Of a stretch of 64,000 nucleotides of DNA, positions 40,638-49,607 are shown piece after piece (position 1 is the stretch's first letter; every line of letters starts with the position of its first letter). The stretch spans positions 10,387-74,386 of the forward strand of contig CAVDWX010000010.1 in NCBI GenBank assembly GCA_963612735.1, written 5' to 3'. The position numbers and the translations under genes are program-made. The notes beneath the pieces are model-generated. The model had not been told where the DNA came from. It saw nothing but the letters and a program-made list of their open reading frames with translations, and ran no database searches. This stretch comes from Gemmiger formicilis (GTDB taxonomy: Bacteria > Bacillota_I > Bacilli_A > RFN20 > CAG-826).

Positions 40638-41948
40638 TTATTTTATATATCTTAAAAGGAAATCACATACACCGATAATCGTGAACCCTTTTTCATCTCT
40701 TGTTTCTTTAATAGGTTTATTGATAACTATTATTTTTTGTATTTGATCATTTAGTGCTAAATACGGTTTTAATTCCCTATTTTTTGTGGCCTCATTTGAA
40801 TAATCATCGCATACTTGAATGTAATACATCCTATTTCCTTTGACAGCTAAGAAATTAACTTCTAGTGTTTTTCGAATTGTCTTACCATTAGTGTCTTTTT
40901 CAAAAAAGTCGAAAGTACCTACATTAATTTTATAATCATTATATATAAGCTCGTTATAAATAACATTTTTGAGTAATTTGTCTGTATCAGGATATACGAA
41001 ATTCAATCGAGCGTTTCTAAGGCCTGTATCGACATAAAAATATTTCTTAGTTGATTTAATAATATTTTTGCCCTTTAAATCATAGCGGAATGCTTCAGAT
41101 ATAATAAAGGATTCAATAAATGAATTTATGTAAGAATTTACTGTATCAGAATCTATTTTATTATTTGTTTTTGCTTTATATAGATTTGTTATTTTTTGAG
41201 AGTTAATTAAATCTCCAACACAAGTTGCAAGCATTGTGCATATCTCATCTAATGCTTCATGCTTTTTTATCTTGTTACGATCGATGATATCTTTTAAATC
41301 TGTTGTTTCAAATAGTCCTTTTAAATAATTTTCTTTATCGATTCCTTCTTTTAATACTGCGAGCGGCATCCCACCGTATAAAAGGAAGTCATTTATTAAT
41401 AAATTTTCATCTTTGTATTTATATTTATGAATTTCTTCAAATGATAATGGCATAACGCGAATATTAGTGGCTTTGTCTCTAAATTGAGTCACAATATCAC
41501 TAGATAACATTTTTGAATTACTTCCTGTTATGTATAAATCAATATTTTCAATTGATGACAAATCTAAAACAACATCAACAAATGTAATCACAGTTTGATC
41601 TTTAGAAGATGCGATAACATGCTTGCCTTCACTCAATGATGGATTATGTAGTGTATAAACTTCTTGAATCTCATCTAAAATAACATAATAGAATTTATTT
41701 TTATCACTGGTTAGTTTCAATATATGTTCATATAAATAAATTGGATCTCTATATTTTGCATTTGATATTTTTGTTAAATCGAGAATGATTATGTTTTGAT
41801 TAGGTACGCCATTATCGATTAAATAATTTTTATAAATCGTATTTAACAAATAAGATTTTCCACATCTTCTTATTCCTGTTATAACTTTTGGAAAACCGTT
41901 TTGTTTTGATTTAATCAATAAATTTAAATATTTATCTCTAGATATCAT
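40638..41948 (-). CDS. AAA+ ATPase of the AAA_14 + DUF4143 family (orphan, function unknown).
   Basis: Walker A GIRRCGKSYLL, Walker B YYVILDEIQ, and a C-terminal DUF4143-like region. Confidence 0.8.
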   Translation of the reverse strand: MISRDKYLNLLIKSKQNGFPKVITGIRRCGKSYLLNTIYKNYLIDNGVPNQNIIILDLTKISNAKYRDPIYLYEHILKLTSDKNKFYYVILDEIQEVYTLHNPSLSEGKHVIASSKDQTVITFVDVVLDLSSIENIDLYITGSNSKMLSSDIVTQFRDKATNIRVMPLSFEEIHKYKYKDENLLINDFLLYGGMPLAVLKEGIDKENYLKGLFETTDLKDIIDRNKIKKHEALDEICTMLATCVGDLINSQKITNLYKAKTNNKIDSDTVNSYINSFIESFIISEAFRYDLKGKNIIKSTKKYFYVDTGLRNARLNFVYPDTDKLLKNVIYNELIYNDYKINVGTFDFFEKDTNGKTIRKTLEVNFLAVKGNRMYYIQVCDDYSNEATKNRELKPYLALNDQIQKIIVINKPIKETRDEKGFTIIGVCDFLLRYIK

Positions 41949-42029
41949 GTAATCCTCTTTTTAGTGTATATACACATTTTTTCCTAATATATTTTAGGAA
42001 TAGAATTTGAATCAATAGTGGTAAAAATA

Positions 42030-42065
42030 AACAAAAAGGCTGTCAATGTTTTACAGCCTATTTTG
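42030..42065 (-). terminator. Rho-independent terminator for the minus-strand DUF308 gene (hairpin flanked by A- and T-runs).
   Basis: AGGCTGTcaatgttttACAGCCT with acaaaaa on the 5' side and ATTTTG on the 3' side. Confidence 0.7.
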
Positions 42066-42087
42066 ATTAATTTAATAGGTCTAATAC

Positions 42088-42855
42088 CTATTTATTTTCT
42101 ATCTGTTTTGGACTATCTTCACTATTAGTGACATCAATAACATCTGGATTGCTATCGCTATTAGTTGAGGCGTTCTTTTTCTTTTTCTTCTTCTTTTCTT
42201 TGCCTTTTTTAACATTATTACTAATAGAGGTGGAGTTATTATGTCCACTATTAGGTTTTAAGTTTCCGTATATACCATAGCCAAGATTTAATAAACCAAA
42301 GATACAGATGGCTAAACCCACTATCATGTAGATGGCTTCTTTTGCTTTTTCTTGGTATATAAAAATTAAAATTCCGCCAACGACACAAATGACGCCTAAG
42401 ACAAAATTCCAAATCATGATCCCAACATTTAATGGTTTAGTTGTACAGGCGACAATTATACCTTTAAGAATACATATGCCTCCATAGGAGAGGAATAAGA
42501 TAGCAAAGGTATTGATCAAAAATGTCGATAAACTGCCTGAGTTTCCTTTACTTGTTGAGATGCATAATGTCACGCCTAGTGCAATGCAAATTGAAGCATA
42601 CACTAAGGAAGAGGAGAATAACTCATTTGGATGAAGTAACAAGCTTATGCAAATGTAAAGACCACCGATAATGAATAAGCATATGGCAACAAGAATGCTG
42701 AGATAAGTATCTAATTTATCATGATTATTAGCCGCTAAAACAACAACAATAATGCCAACGATAATCATTAATGTTCCGACTACTATTTGCATCCATTTAT
42801 TATTACTAAAGAATTTTTTCATAACTTTATTTTTCCTTTCTTTATTAATATACAT
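42088..42855 (-). CDS. DUF308/HdeD-like membrane protein with a C-terminal poly-lysine tail.
   Basis: Six predicted TM helices with GxxxG-rich repeats; C-terminus KKGKEKKKKKKKNAS encoded by an AAG/AAA tract; paralog of 51159..51746. Confidence 0.72.
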   Translation of the reverse strand: MYINKERKNKVMKKFFSNNKWMQIVVGTLMIIVGIIVVVLAANNHDKLDTYLSILVAICLFIIGGLYICISLLLHPNELFSSSLVYASICIALGVTLCISTSKGNSGSLSTFLINTFAILFLSYGGICILKGIIVACTTKPLNVGIMIWNFVLGVICVVGGILIFIYQEKAKEAIYMIVGLAICIFGLLNLGYGIYGNLKPNSGHNNSTSISNNVKKGKEKKKKKKKNASTNSDSNPDVIDVTNSEDSPKQIENK

Positions 42856-43332
42856 TCTTTTAATTCATTCGTTAATGTCATTTTCTTACTTTTTTGTAGT
42901 TCTTAGAACTTACAAAGTAGATTAGTTTGGATTTCACACACCTCTTTATTAAAACCAAATAATAAATAGCGTATTTTCAAATACAGTTTTCTTTTTAAAT
43001 TGTTGCATTGTTTATAGACTCTTTCATTGGATTATATTGATTACATCAGCTTATTTTATAAATTGTGTACTTAATCCACTTTTAGATGCAGAATTCTTGT
43101 TAAGAACTCAATAAGCTAAAAACGCTCCTAATCAAATTTATTATTCTAACAAGGACAAGATAAAAAATGTCTAGTACTCTTCTTAACTCAATAAAATTTT
43201 ATAAATTGAATTCATCAGTTTTTCTTTCTTTAATAAGCTTTTAAGAAAGCAATATTTTTTAACTTTTCTGCTATCTTTTCATATCTAGAGGACTATAATA
43301 ATTGCCGTTTGTGAAAGAAGGCCTATGAAATT

Positions 43333-44727
43333 ATGAATACTAAAGATATGACAAAAGGCAATTCGTTTATTATCATCTTGTTATTCGCAATACCAATGGT
43401 ATTATCGGTTACCTTACAACAATTATATAACCTTGCTGATAATTTTATTGCTGGACATTTTATCAGCTCAGTAGATAGCTTTAATGCAGTTGGAATTGTT
43501 TATCCTATCACTGTTGTCTTTTTAGATATAGCTGTTGGATTTGGAGTTGGATGTGGAGTTATAAGCGCTAGATATTTTGGTGGGAAAGACTTCATTTCTG
43601 TTAAAAAGTGCGCAAAAGTTGGCTTAATTGGAACGATTTGCTTAGGACTTATCGTTACTGCGATTGGTTTTGGAATCATTTATCCTCTATTAAAAGGAAT
43701 GATTGATAGCAAGAATGGGCAAGGATGTTTTAATGAAGCTTTGTATTATATGCTCATCTATATTGGCGGCGTTATATTTCTTTTTATCTATAATTACGCG
43801 ATGTATATGTTTCAATCGTTTGGCAATTCTAAAACGCCCTTATATTTTTTAATCTTTTCAACCTTGCTTAATGTGGGATTAGATTTATTATTTGTGGTCC
43901 CTATTAAATTCAATAGTGCTGGTTTAGCCCTTGGCACCGTCATTTCGGAAGCTATCGCTGCGATATTATCAGTTATGGTTTTATTTAAAAACATTAATAA
44001 GATGCATGAGGTCAAAATTAAAGGTTTTGATAAACCTATTTTTAAAGAGATTGTTTCTGTTGCAATTCCTAGCATTTTACAAGGCTTATTTATCTCCATT
44101 GGCGGTGTATTAATTACAACAATTCTTACTAATGTTGGTGGAAATGATGTGGCAGGTGGATATTCTGCAGCCTATAAAATTTGTTATATTGCTATCAATA
44201 TTTTTACTGTCCTATGCAATGCTTTATGCAATTTCGTTTCGCAAAACGTTGGAGCGCAAAAATATGAAAGAATTATGCATGGATATTTTTCAACATTGAT
44301 AATTTGCTTTGTTTTCTGCGCTATTTCTATGGCGGTTATTCTTCCTTTAAAAGAATTCTGGGTGAAGTTATTTTTATCAGAAGGCGATAACGCTGATGTT
44401 AAAACCATTATACATTCTGGATCATTATTTATTACGTGTGTTGTTCCCTTTTTCTTCTTAATGGTTATTAAGATTCCACTTGATGGTGTCTTAAAAGGGT
44501 CAATGGATATGTTCGGTTTTACTCTTGGCACATCAGTTGACTTAGCAGTTCGTGTCTTAGCTGCTTTGATACTTGGTAATCTTTATGGCTATGAAGGCGT
44601 TTTCTTTGCGTGGCCGTTAGGATGGGCTGTTGGAGCAGTAATTTCAATTGTTATGTTCTTTGTTGGAAGATGGAAAAAGAAATGTCACTATCCAGTGGGA
44701 ATGAAACTTATTGTGAAAAATAGTTAA
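43333..44727 (+). CDS. MATE-family multidrug/oligosaccharide efflux transporter.
   Basis: 12-TM protein with N-terminus FAIPMVLSVTLQQLYNLADNFIAGHF, typical of MATE (NorM/DinF) proteins; 464 aa. Confidence 0.88.
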   Translation: MNTKDMTKGNSFIIILLFAIPMVLSVTLQQLYNLADNFIAGHFISSVDSFNAVGIVYPITVVFLDIAVGFGVGCGVISARYFGGKDFISVKKCAKVGLIGTICLGLIVTAIGFGIIYPLLKGMIDSKNGQGCFNEALYYMLIYIGGVIFLFIYNYAMYMFQSFGNSKTPLYFLIFSTLLNVGLDLLFVVPIKFNSAGLALGTVISEAIAAILSVMVLFKNINKMHEVKIKGFDKPIFKEIVSVAIPSILQGLFISIGGVLITTILTNVGGNDVAGGYSAAYKICYIAINIFTVLCNALCNFVSQNVGAQKYERIMHGYFSTLIICFVFCAISMAVILPLKEFWVKLFLSEGDNADVKTIIHSGSLFITCVVPFFFLMVIKIPLDGVLKGSMDMFGFTLGTSVDLAVRVLAALILGNLYGYEGVFFAWPLGWAVGAVISIVMFFVGRWKKKCHYPVGMKLIVKNS

Positions 44728-44773
44728 AACTAAATCGACCGACTTTTTTAGTGCCTATATTTTACTTTTTTCC

Positions 44774-44810
44774 TTGGTGCATCTTTGGTGCATTTTTTGG
44801 TGCAAATTAT
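44774..44810 (+). repeat. 37-bp element holding three copies of TTGGTGCA (copy A), 42 nt upstream of the Schlafen-like gene.
   Basis: TTGGTGCAtctTTGGTGCAtttttTGGTGCAaattat; matches 46278..46314 at 36 of 37 positions. Confidence 0.85.
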
Positions 44811-44851
44811 CAAAAATATGATACAATTGTATATAGAAATAGGAGTTAAAA

Positions 44852-46276
44852 ATGTCATTGCCCACAAATATTAATAAGATTTTAAACCCTGACATTGTTG
44901 AAAGTGTTCGTGTTGAATTAAAAGAAGGTTGGAACCCTCAATCTATTCTTCATACAATATGTGCTTTCGCTAATGATATCGATAATTTTTATGGTGGATA
45001 TATTATTCTAGGTATTAAAGATAATAAAGAAGTTATTGGTTTTGATAGATCCAAATTTGACGAACTTCAAAAAGATGTTATTAGATACTGTAAAAAATGT
45101 CTTGAGCCATCATATGAACCTGTCATTGATATCGTTAAATATGTTGATAAAGATGTCGTTGTTTTGTGGTGTCCATCTGGTGAACAAAAACCTTATAAAT
45201 GTTATGAAGATGTCTATACAAGTAAGAGTGAAACGCGCTTTCAAACATATATTAGAAAAGGTTCATTAACTATTATTACTTCTCATGCAGAAGAAAAAGA
45301 ACTTTATAATATTGGCAACTTCATCCCTTTTGATGATCGCGTTAATTATAAATACGATCTAAGTGTGATTGATAAGGATATTGTAAGAGAGTATTTAAGA
45401 AAAGTTGATTCCAATCTATTACTTAATTTTAATAGCCACAGTTTAGAACAAATTTTGTTTGATTTAAGAGTTTTATCTGGACCAATCGAACATTTATGTC
45501 CTAAAAATATAGCTCTATTGATGTTTACAGATAACCCATCTTTATATATCCCGTATTCTTATATTGAAGTTACGATTCTAAAAGATTTATCAGGAGAAGA
45601 ATTAATTGAAAAAACTTTCGATTCTGCCTTATTCAAACAATATGAAAACTGTATGCAATATTTAAAGGATAATGTCATTGAAAAGAAAATCGTTAAAGTT
45701 GAAGGAGACTATAAAGCAGCTACAATTTATAATTATTCATACGAAGTTCTTGAAGAAGTAGTTGCTAACGCTATTCTACATAAGTCTTATCAAATTGCTG
45801 AACCGGTTTCAATTAGAGTTGAACCAGATAAAATTGAAGTGACTAGTGTACCAGGATTTGATCGAACAATTAGCAATACAGCAATTAAAGAATTAAAACC
45901 TAAATCAAAAAGGTATCAATCTCGGCGCATTGCAGAGTTTTTAAAAGAATTAGGAATTGTTGAGGCTAAAAACACGGGCTATCCTCGCATTGTTAAAAAG
46001 AGTTTAGAAAATCATTCTCCTCTTCCAATTATTGAAATGAATGAACAACGTGATTACGTTACTGTAATTATTCCGATTAACAAAAATTTTGTGAATAATA
46101 ACCTTTCGTTAGAAGATAAAATCATTGATTTGCTACAAGAAAAACCTCTTACCAAAACTGAACTTGCTTTAGCGTTAGGATATCCACGAGTCGTTAATTC
46201 TATTAGTTATAGGCTTAATAAGTTAATTAAAGAAAACAAAGTCTCTATCAAGAGTAAAAAATATTATTTGATTTGA
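44852..46276 (+). CDS. Schlafen-like ATP-binding protein / putative transcriptional regulator (AlbA_2 + HATPase_c_4 + C-terminal winged HTH; COG2865 family).
   Basis: N-terminal AlbA_2 signature (VELKEGWNPQSILHTICAFANDIDNFYGGYIILGIKDN), HATPase_c_4-like (NAILHKSY..NTGYPRIVK), C-terminal wHTH (LTKTELALALGYPRVVNSISYRLNKL). Confidence 0.85.
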   Translation: MSLPTNINKILNPDIVESVRVELKEGWNPQSILHTICAFANDIDNFYGGYIILGIKDNKEVIGFDRSKFDELQKDVIRYCKKCLEPSYEPVIDIVKYVDKDVVVLWCPSGEQKPYKCYEDVYTSKSETRFQTYIRKGSLTIITSHAEEKELYNIGNFIPFDDRVNYKYDLSVIDKDIVREYLRKVDSNLLLNFNSHSLEQILFDLRVLSGPIEHLCPKNIALLMFTDNPSLYIPYSYIEVTILKDLSGEELIEKTFDSALFKQYENCMQYLKDNVIEKKIVKVEGDYKAATIYNYSYEVLEEVVANAILHKSYQIAEPVSIRVEPDKIEVTSVPGFDRTISNTAIKELKPKSKRYQSRRIAEFLKELGIVEAKNTGYPRIVKKSLENHSPLPIIEMNEQRDYVTVIIPINKNFVNNNLSLEDKIIDLLQEKPLTKTELALALGYPRVVNSISYRLNKLIKENKVSIKSKKYYLI

Positions 46277-46277
46277 T

Positions 46278-46314
46278 TGGTGCAACTTTGGTGCATTTTT
46301 TGGTGCAAATTACG
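46278..46314 (+). repeat. Second copy (copy B) of the 37-bp triple TTGGTGCA element, starting 2 nt after the Schlafen-like gene stop.
   Basis: TTGGTGCAactTTGGTGCAtttttTGGTGCAaattac. Confidence 0.85.
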
Positions 46315-46372
46315 GCGTAATACATAATATCGACATCAAGTATTTCATGTTATTATCTATATTTTATTATTG

Positions 46373-46408
46373 TGCACCAAAGCATAGATTATTGGTGCAT
46401 TTTTATTT
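46373..46408 (+). terminator. Inverted TGCACCAA-N11-TTGGTGCA repeat followed by a T-run: either a terminator-like hairpin or a palindromic operator built from the same 8-mer.
   Basis: 8-bp perfect arms, 11-nt spacer, then TTTTTATTT; the motif is identical to the direct-repeat arrays. Confidence 0.55.
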
Positions 46409-46469
46409 CCTATGAGGTTAAATAAATGTATAGATATTTTCTTCCTTTTAGTGGAAAATTATATTAGTC

Positions 46470-49400
46470 ATGAAATTAAGCATTAAAAATACGCTTTATC
46501 TTTCCATCATACAAAATAAATGGATAGATATTTCTTATCTTAATAAAAATAATGAATCCACCTCTTATTTCATTGGGATAAAAGATATCAATATTAAAAA
46601 GGAAATCATTTATTGCGATATTTTCAATCCATTTAAACAATTATTAAAAGATAATAAAGAAACATTCATTTATATCAATTCCATTCAAAGCGCTGAAATT
46701 ATTGAAGAAAGCTATTATGAAGTTCCTTCCTCTATCCTTAGGAAAATAAAAAAAGATGATGAATTGAAAGAATATTTACAAGTCATCAATTTTGATAATA
46801 ATATTTTGAAATATTTATCCGATTGTTATCGTTATGATAATGATCCGTTTTTAAAAGATATCGTCATGATTGACGGGATTGATTTGCATGTTCTTTCTTC
46901 CACTAATAAATACAAATTAAATGATAAACAATTTGAAACTATTTTAGATAAAGTTTTCAAAAAGAAAAAGAAAGATGCGGAAGCTATTGTTCGTTTCCAA
47001 ACCTTGGCTATAAATGTCTTTTCTATCGACATCAATGATAAGCAATATGTTGTCGCCTATAAAATGCTTAATCTCAATTTTAAGAACAAAACTCTAAAAA
47101 TGAGCAATAATTCTATAATTAATAAATCCTTTCTTATCAGTGAAGAAAAGAAAGTCACATTAGGAATGTATTTAGATATTAATCCTGAAACATTTATCTC
47201 TACTTTTGACGCTCATAAGGATGAATACATTGAAGGAATTAAAGCTAATTTCCATAATCATGAATTAGTCAATACTCGACCGACTATCTTTTTGTTGGCG
47301 AGAACTTTTTATAAAGATGTCGATATCACTTTTGAATCGATCCATCAAATGGACAAAGATAATAAATTAACTTTCCCTATAAAAGCCTTTTTTGGAAGGA
47401 CAAAACCCACTAAAGAGAGAACTAAAGAAGTTAATGTTGTCATCTTTAATCAAAAGAAAATAAACATTGATCAGATGAGAGTTATTTATAATTCTATGAT
47501 TAATCATGTCACCTATGTTAAAGGTCCACCTGGTACAGGTAAAACCGAGACCATATTTAATGTTTTATTATCAGCATACGCAAATGATATGAAAGTTTTA
47601 GTTTGTTCTAATAATAATCATCCCGTTAGCGATATTTATTTAAAGATGCAAAATTCGTTAACGGTGCAATTTGATAATCAAGATAAGCCGACACCAATTC
47701 TTTTTCCTCTTATTAGATTAGGCAATAACACTGAAATGGTAGAGACAATCGCAAAACTCAAATCTATTGTTATCTATATTCAAGAACATGCTAAGGTCAA
47801 TATTTCAGAAAACGCCACTGCTGGAAGTAAAAAGCGCTTTATGGAAACGTTTAATAAATTAAAGGAAACACTTAAAGAATATGAAGATAGCATTGATCTA
47901 TCAGAACGACTCAATATTTTAGAAAAGATAAAAAGCATGAGCGAGATTTCCGCTATCAATAACAAATTAGATGAACAAATTGCGACATATCGTAGTTTAC
48001 TAGAACGTTCTAAAATTGTCTCAGATGATGAAGTGATGTCTCTTGCTATATCAGCCTCAAATGATCGCAACTTCCAATATTATTTATATTATTCATCGTT
48101 AGCTAAATATAAAAAATTGTTAACTGAACCTTATAAAGACTTAATTAATATTCTTAACCTATCCGATGTCGATGATGCTGTTATGGAATTCAATCGATAT
48201 TTACGAAATGACGACAATTTAAAAAAGTTTTTACATGTTTTCCCGCTTGTTTTATGCACAAATTTGTCTTGTGGTAAATTAGGTGGAGCTAAACCACAAT
48301 TTGATTTAGTAATCATGGATGAAGCGGGACAATGCAATATTGCTACTTCTTTAATTCCTATTATAAGAGGCAATAATTTATTACTTGTTGGTGATACTAA
48401 TCAACTTCAACCTGTCACTGTCTTAGAAGATAACGTTAATGAATCTTTAAAAAAAAGATATGAGATAGGTGATGAATATGATTACATTCATAATTCCATT
48501 CTTTCGACAATGATGAGAAAGGATAATAATTCAAAATGTATCTTGCTTAGATATCATTATCGATGTGGTAAAAAGATTGCTAATTTTGTCAATAAACGCT
48601 TTTATAATGATCAGCTTAAATTATTAAATCAAAATGTTGGCGAATTGATTTACTATAATGTGAAAAATACTACTACTAAAAATAATCGAAACGCCTATAA
48701 AGAAGAAGCTATTCAAATTGCTCGATTAATAAAAAATAAAAAATATAAAGAAGTTGGAATTATCACTCCATTTGTTAATCAGGCCGCTCTTATCAATCAA
48801 TATTTATCAGAATTGGATATCAATGATGTTAAAGCCGGAACTATTCATACGCTTCAAGGTTCTGAAAAACAGATCATTATTATGTCCAGTGCCATATCAC
48901 TTAAGACTGGTTTTAAAACGATGGATTGGATCAAAAATAACCATGAATTAATTAATGTTGCTGTCACTAGAGCTAAAAGTAAATTTATCTTTGTGGGTGA
49001 TAAACAAGCTATTGATTTATTGAGCAAAGACGAAGATAACGATATCAAAATTTTATCTGACTACATCTATAGTAATGGAACGGTGATTGTTCCGCCTAGC
49101 GACGCTATTATTTCATACGATTTTTCAAATGATTCGAAAAATGAAAAAGATTTTTTTGAAACAGTTAGACCATACTTTAATCGAAGAGGCTCTAAATTTA
49201 AGATTGAAAGAAATGTTCCAATCATGAATGCGATTAAAAATATTAATCCCGAAGATTATCATCTAATTGGTAAGAAGGAATTTGATTTGATTGTTCAAGT
49301 AAGCAGCGGCTTATTTAATAAACATTTTCACACTATTGTGGTTTTTGAAATTGATGGTGGAGAGCATATTGGTAGCAATAAACAAGCTAAATTAGATCGA

Positions 49401-49571
49401 CAAAAAGAAAAAGTTTGTAAAAAATATGGGATTAAATTAATCCGTATTCCTAACAGTGCAGTCAAAGATTATGAAACCATTATTTCTTTATTTGAAATGG
49501 TGGTCAAAGGTTTAAAAGATATGAAAGAAGCGTTTTCTCAACTTTCTTTATTTGATAACGAAACTGTTTAA
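46470..49571 (+). CDS. Upf1-like SF1B helicase (AAA_11/AAA_12) fused to a C-terminal Vsr/DUF559-like PD-(D/E)xK nuclease domain, with an uncharacterised ~340-aa N-terminal domain; architecture is Hhe-like.
   Basis: Motif I VKGPPGTGKTETI, Ia VLVCSNNNHPVSD, II LVIMDEAGQ, III LLVGDTNQLQPV, V GTIHTLQGSEKQIIIMSS, VI NVAVTRAK; C-terminus FDLIVQ...VVFEIDGGEH...LIRIP. Confidence 0.88.
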   Translation: MKLSIKNTLYLSIIQNKWIDISYLNKNNESTSYFIGIKDINIKKEIIYCDIFNPFKQLLKDNKETFIYINSIQSAEIIEESYYEVPSSILRKIKKDDELKEYLQVINFDNNILKYLSDCYRYDNDPFLKDIVMIDGIDLHVLSSTNKYKLNDKQFETILDKVFKKKKKDAEAIVRFQTLAINVFSIDINDKQYVVAYKMLNLNFKNKTLKMSNNSIINKSFLISEEKKVTLGMYLDINPETFISTFDAHKDEYIEGIKANFHNHELVNTRPTIFLLARTFYKDVDITFESIHQMDKDNKLTFPIKAFFGRTKPTKERTKEVNVVIFNQKKINIDQMRVIYNSMINHVTYVKGPPGTGKTETIFNVLLSAYANDMKVLVCSNNNHPVSDIYLKMQNSLTVQFDNQDKPTPILFPLIRLGNNTEMVETIAKLKSIVIYIQEHAKVNISENATAGSKKRFMETFNKLKETLKEYEDSIDLSERLNILEKIKSMSEISAINNKLDEQIATYRSLLERSKIVSDDEVMSLAISASNDRNFQYYLYYSSLAKYKKLLTEPYKDLINILNLSDVDDAVMEFNRYLRNDDNLKKFLHVFPLVLCTNLSCGKLGGAKPQFDLVIMDEAGQCNIATSLIPIIRGNNLLLVGDTNQLQPVTVLEDNVNESLKKRYEIGDEYDYIHNSILSTMMRKDNNSKCILLRYHYRCGKKIANFVNKRFYNDQLKLLNQNVGELIYYNVKNTTTKNNRNAYKEEAIQIARLIKNKKYKEVGIITPFVNQAALINQYLSELDINDVKAGTIHTLQGSEKQIIIMSSAISLKTGFKTMDWIKNNHELINVAVTRAKSKFIFVGDKQAIDLLSKDEDNDIKILSDYIYSNGTVIVPPSDAIISYDFSNDSKNEKDFFETVRPYFNRRGSKFKIERNVPIMNAIKNINPEDYHLIGKKEFDLIVQVSSGLFNKHFHTIVVFEIDGGEHIGSNKQAKLDRQKEKVCKKYGIKLIRIPNSAVKDYETIISLFEMVVKGLKDMKEAFSQLSLFDNETV

Positions 49572-49607
49572 ATTAAAATTTATATAAAGTTTTAGGAGGA
49601 CAAAATC

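Noticed and set aside
42856-43332. Long (477 bp) AT-rich intergenic region between the DUF308 gene and the MATE gene, examined for a riboswitch, small RNA or small ORF (for example a 26-codon ORF starting ATGTCTAGT).
   Set aside because: No conserved riboswitch cores, no convincing stem-loop plus terminator architecture, and the small ORF lacks a reasonable RBS. Most likely just divergent promoter DNA.
46278-46314. Considered whether TTGGTGCA is simply a -35-like promoter element (TTGnnn).
   Set aside because: The motif is iterated three times at 11-13 bp spacing and also occurs as an inverted pair, which a plain -35 hexamer does not explain. Kept as a finding about operator or repeat arrays rather than annotated as a promoter.
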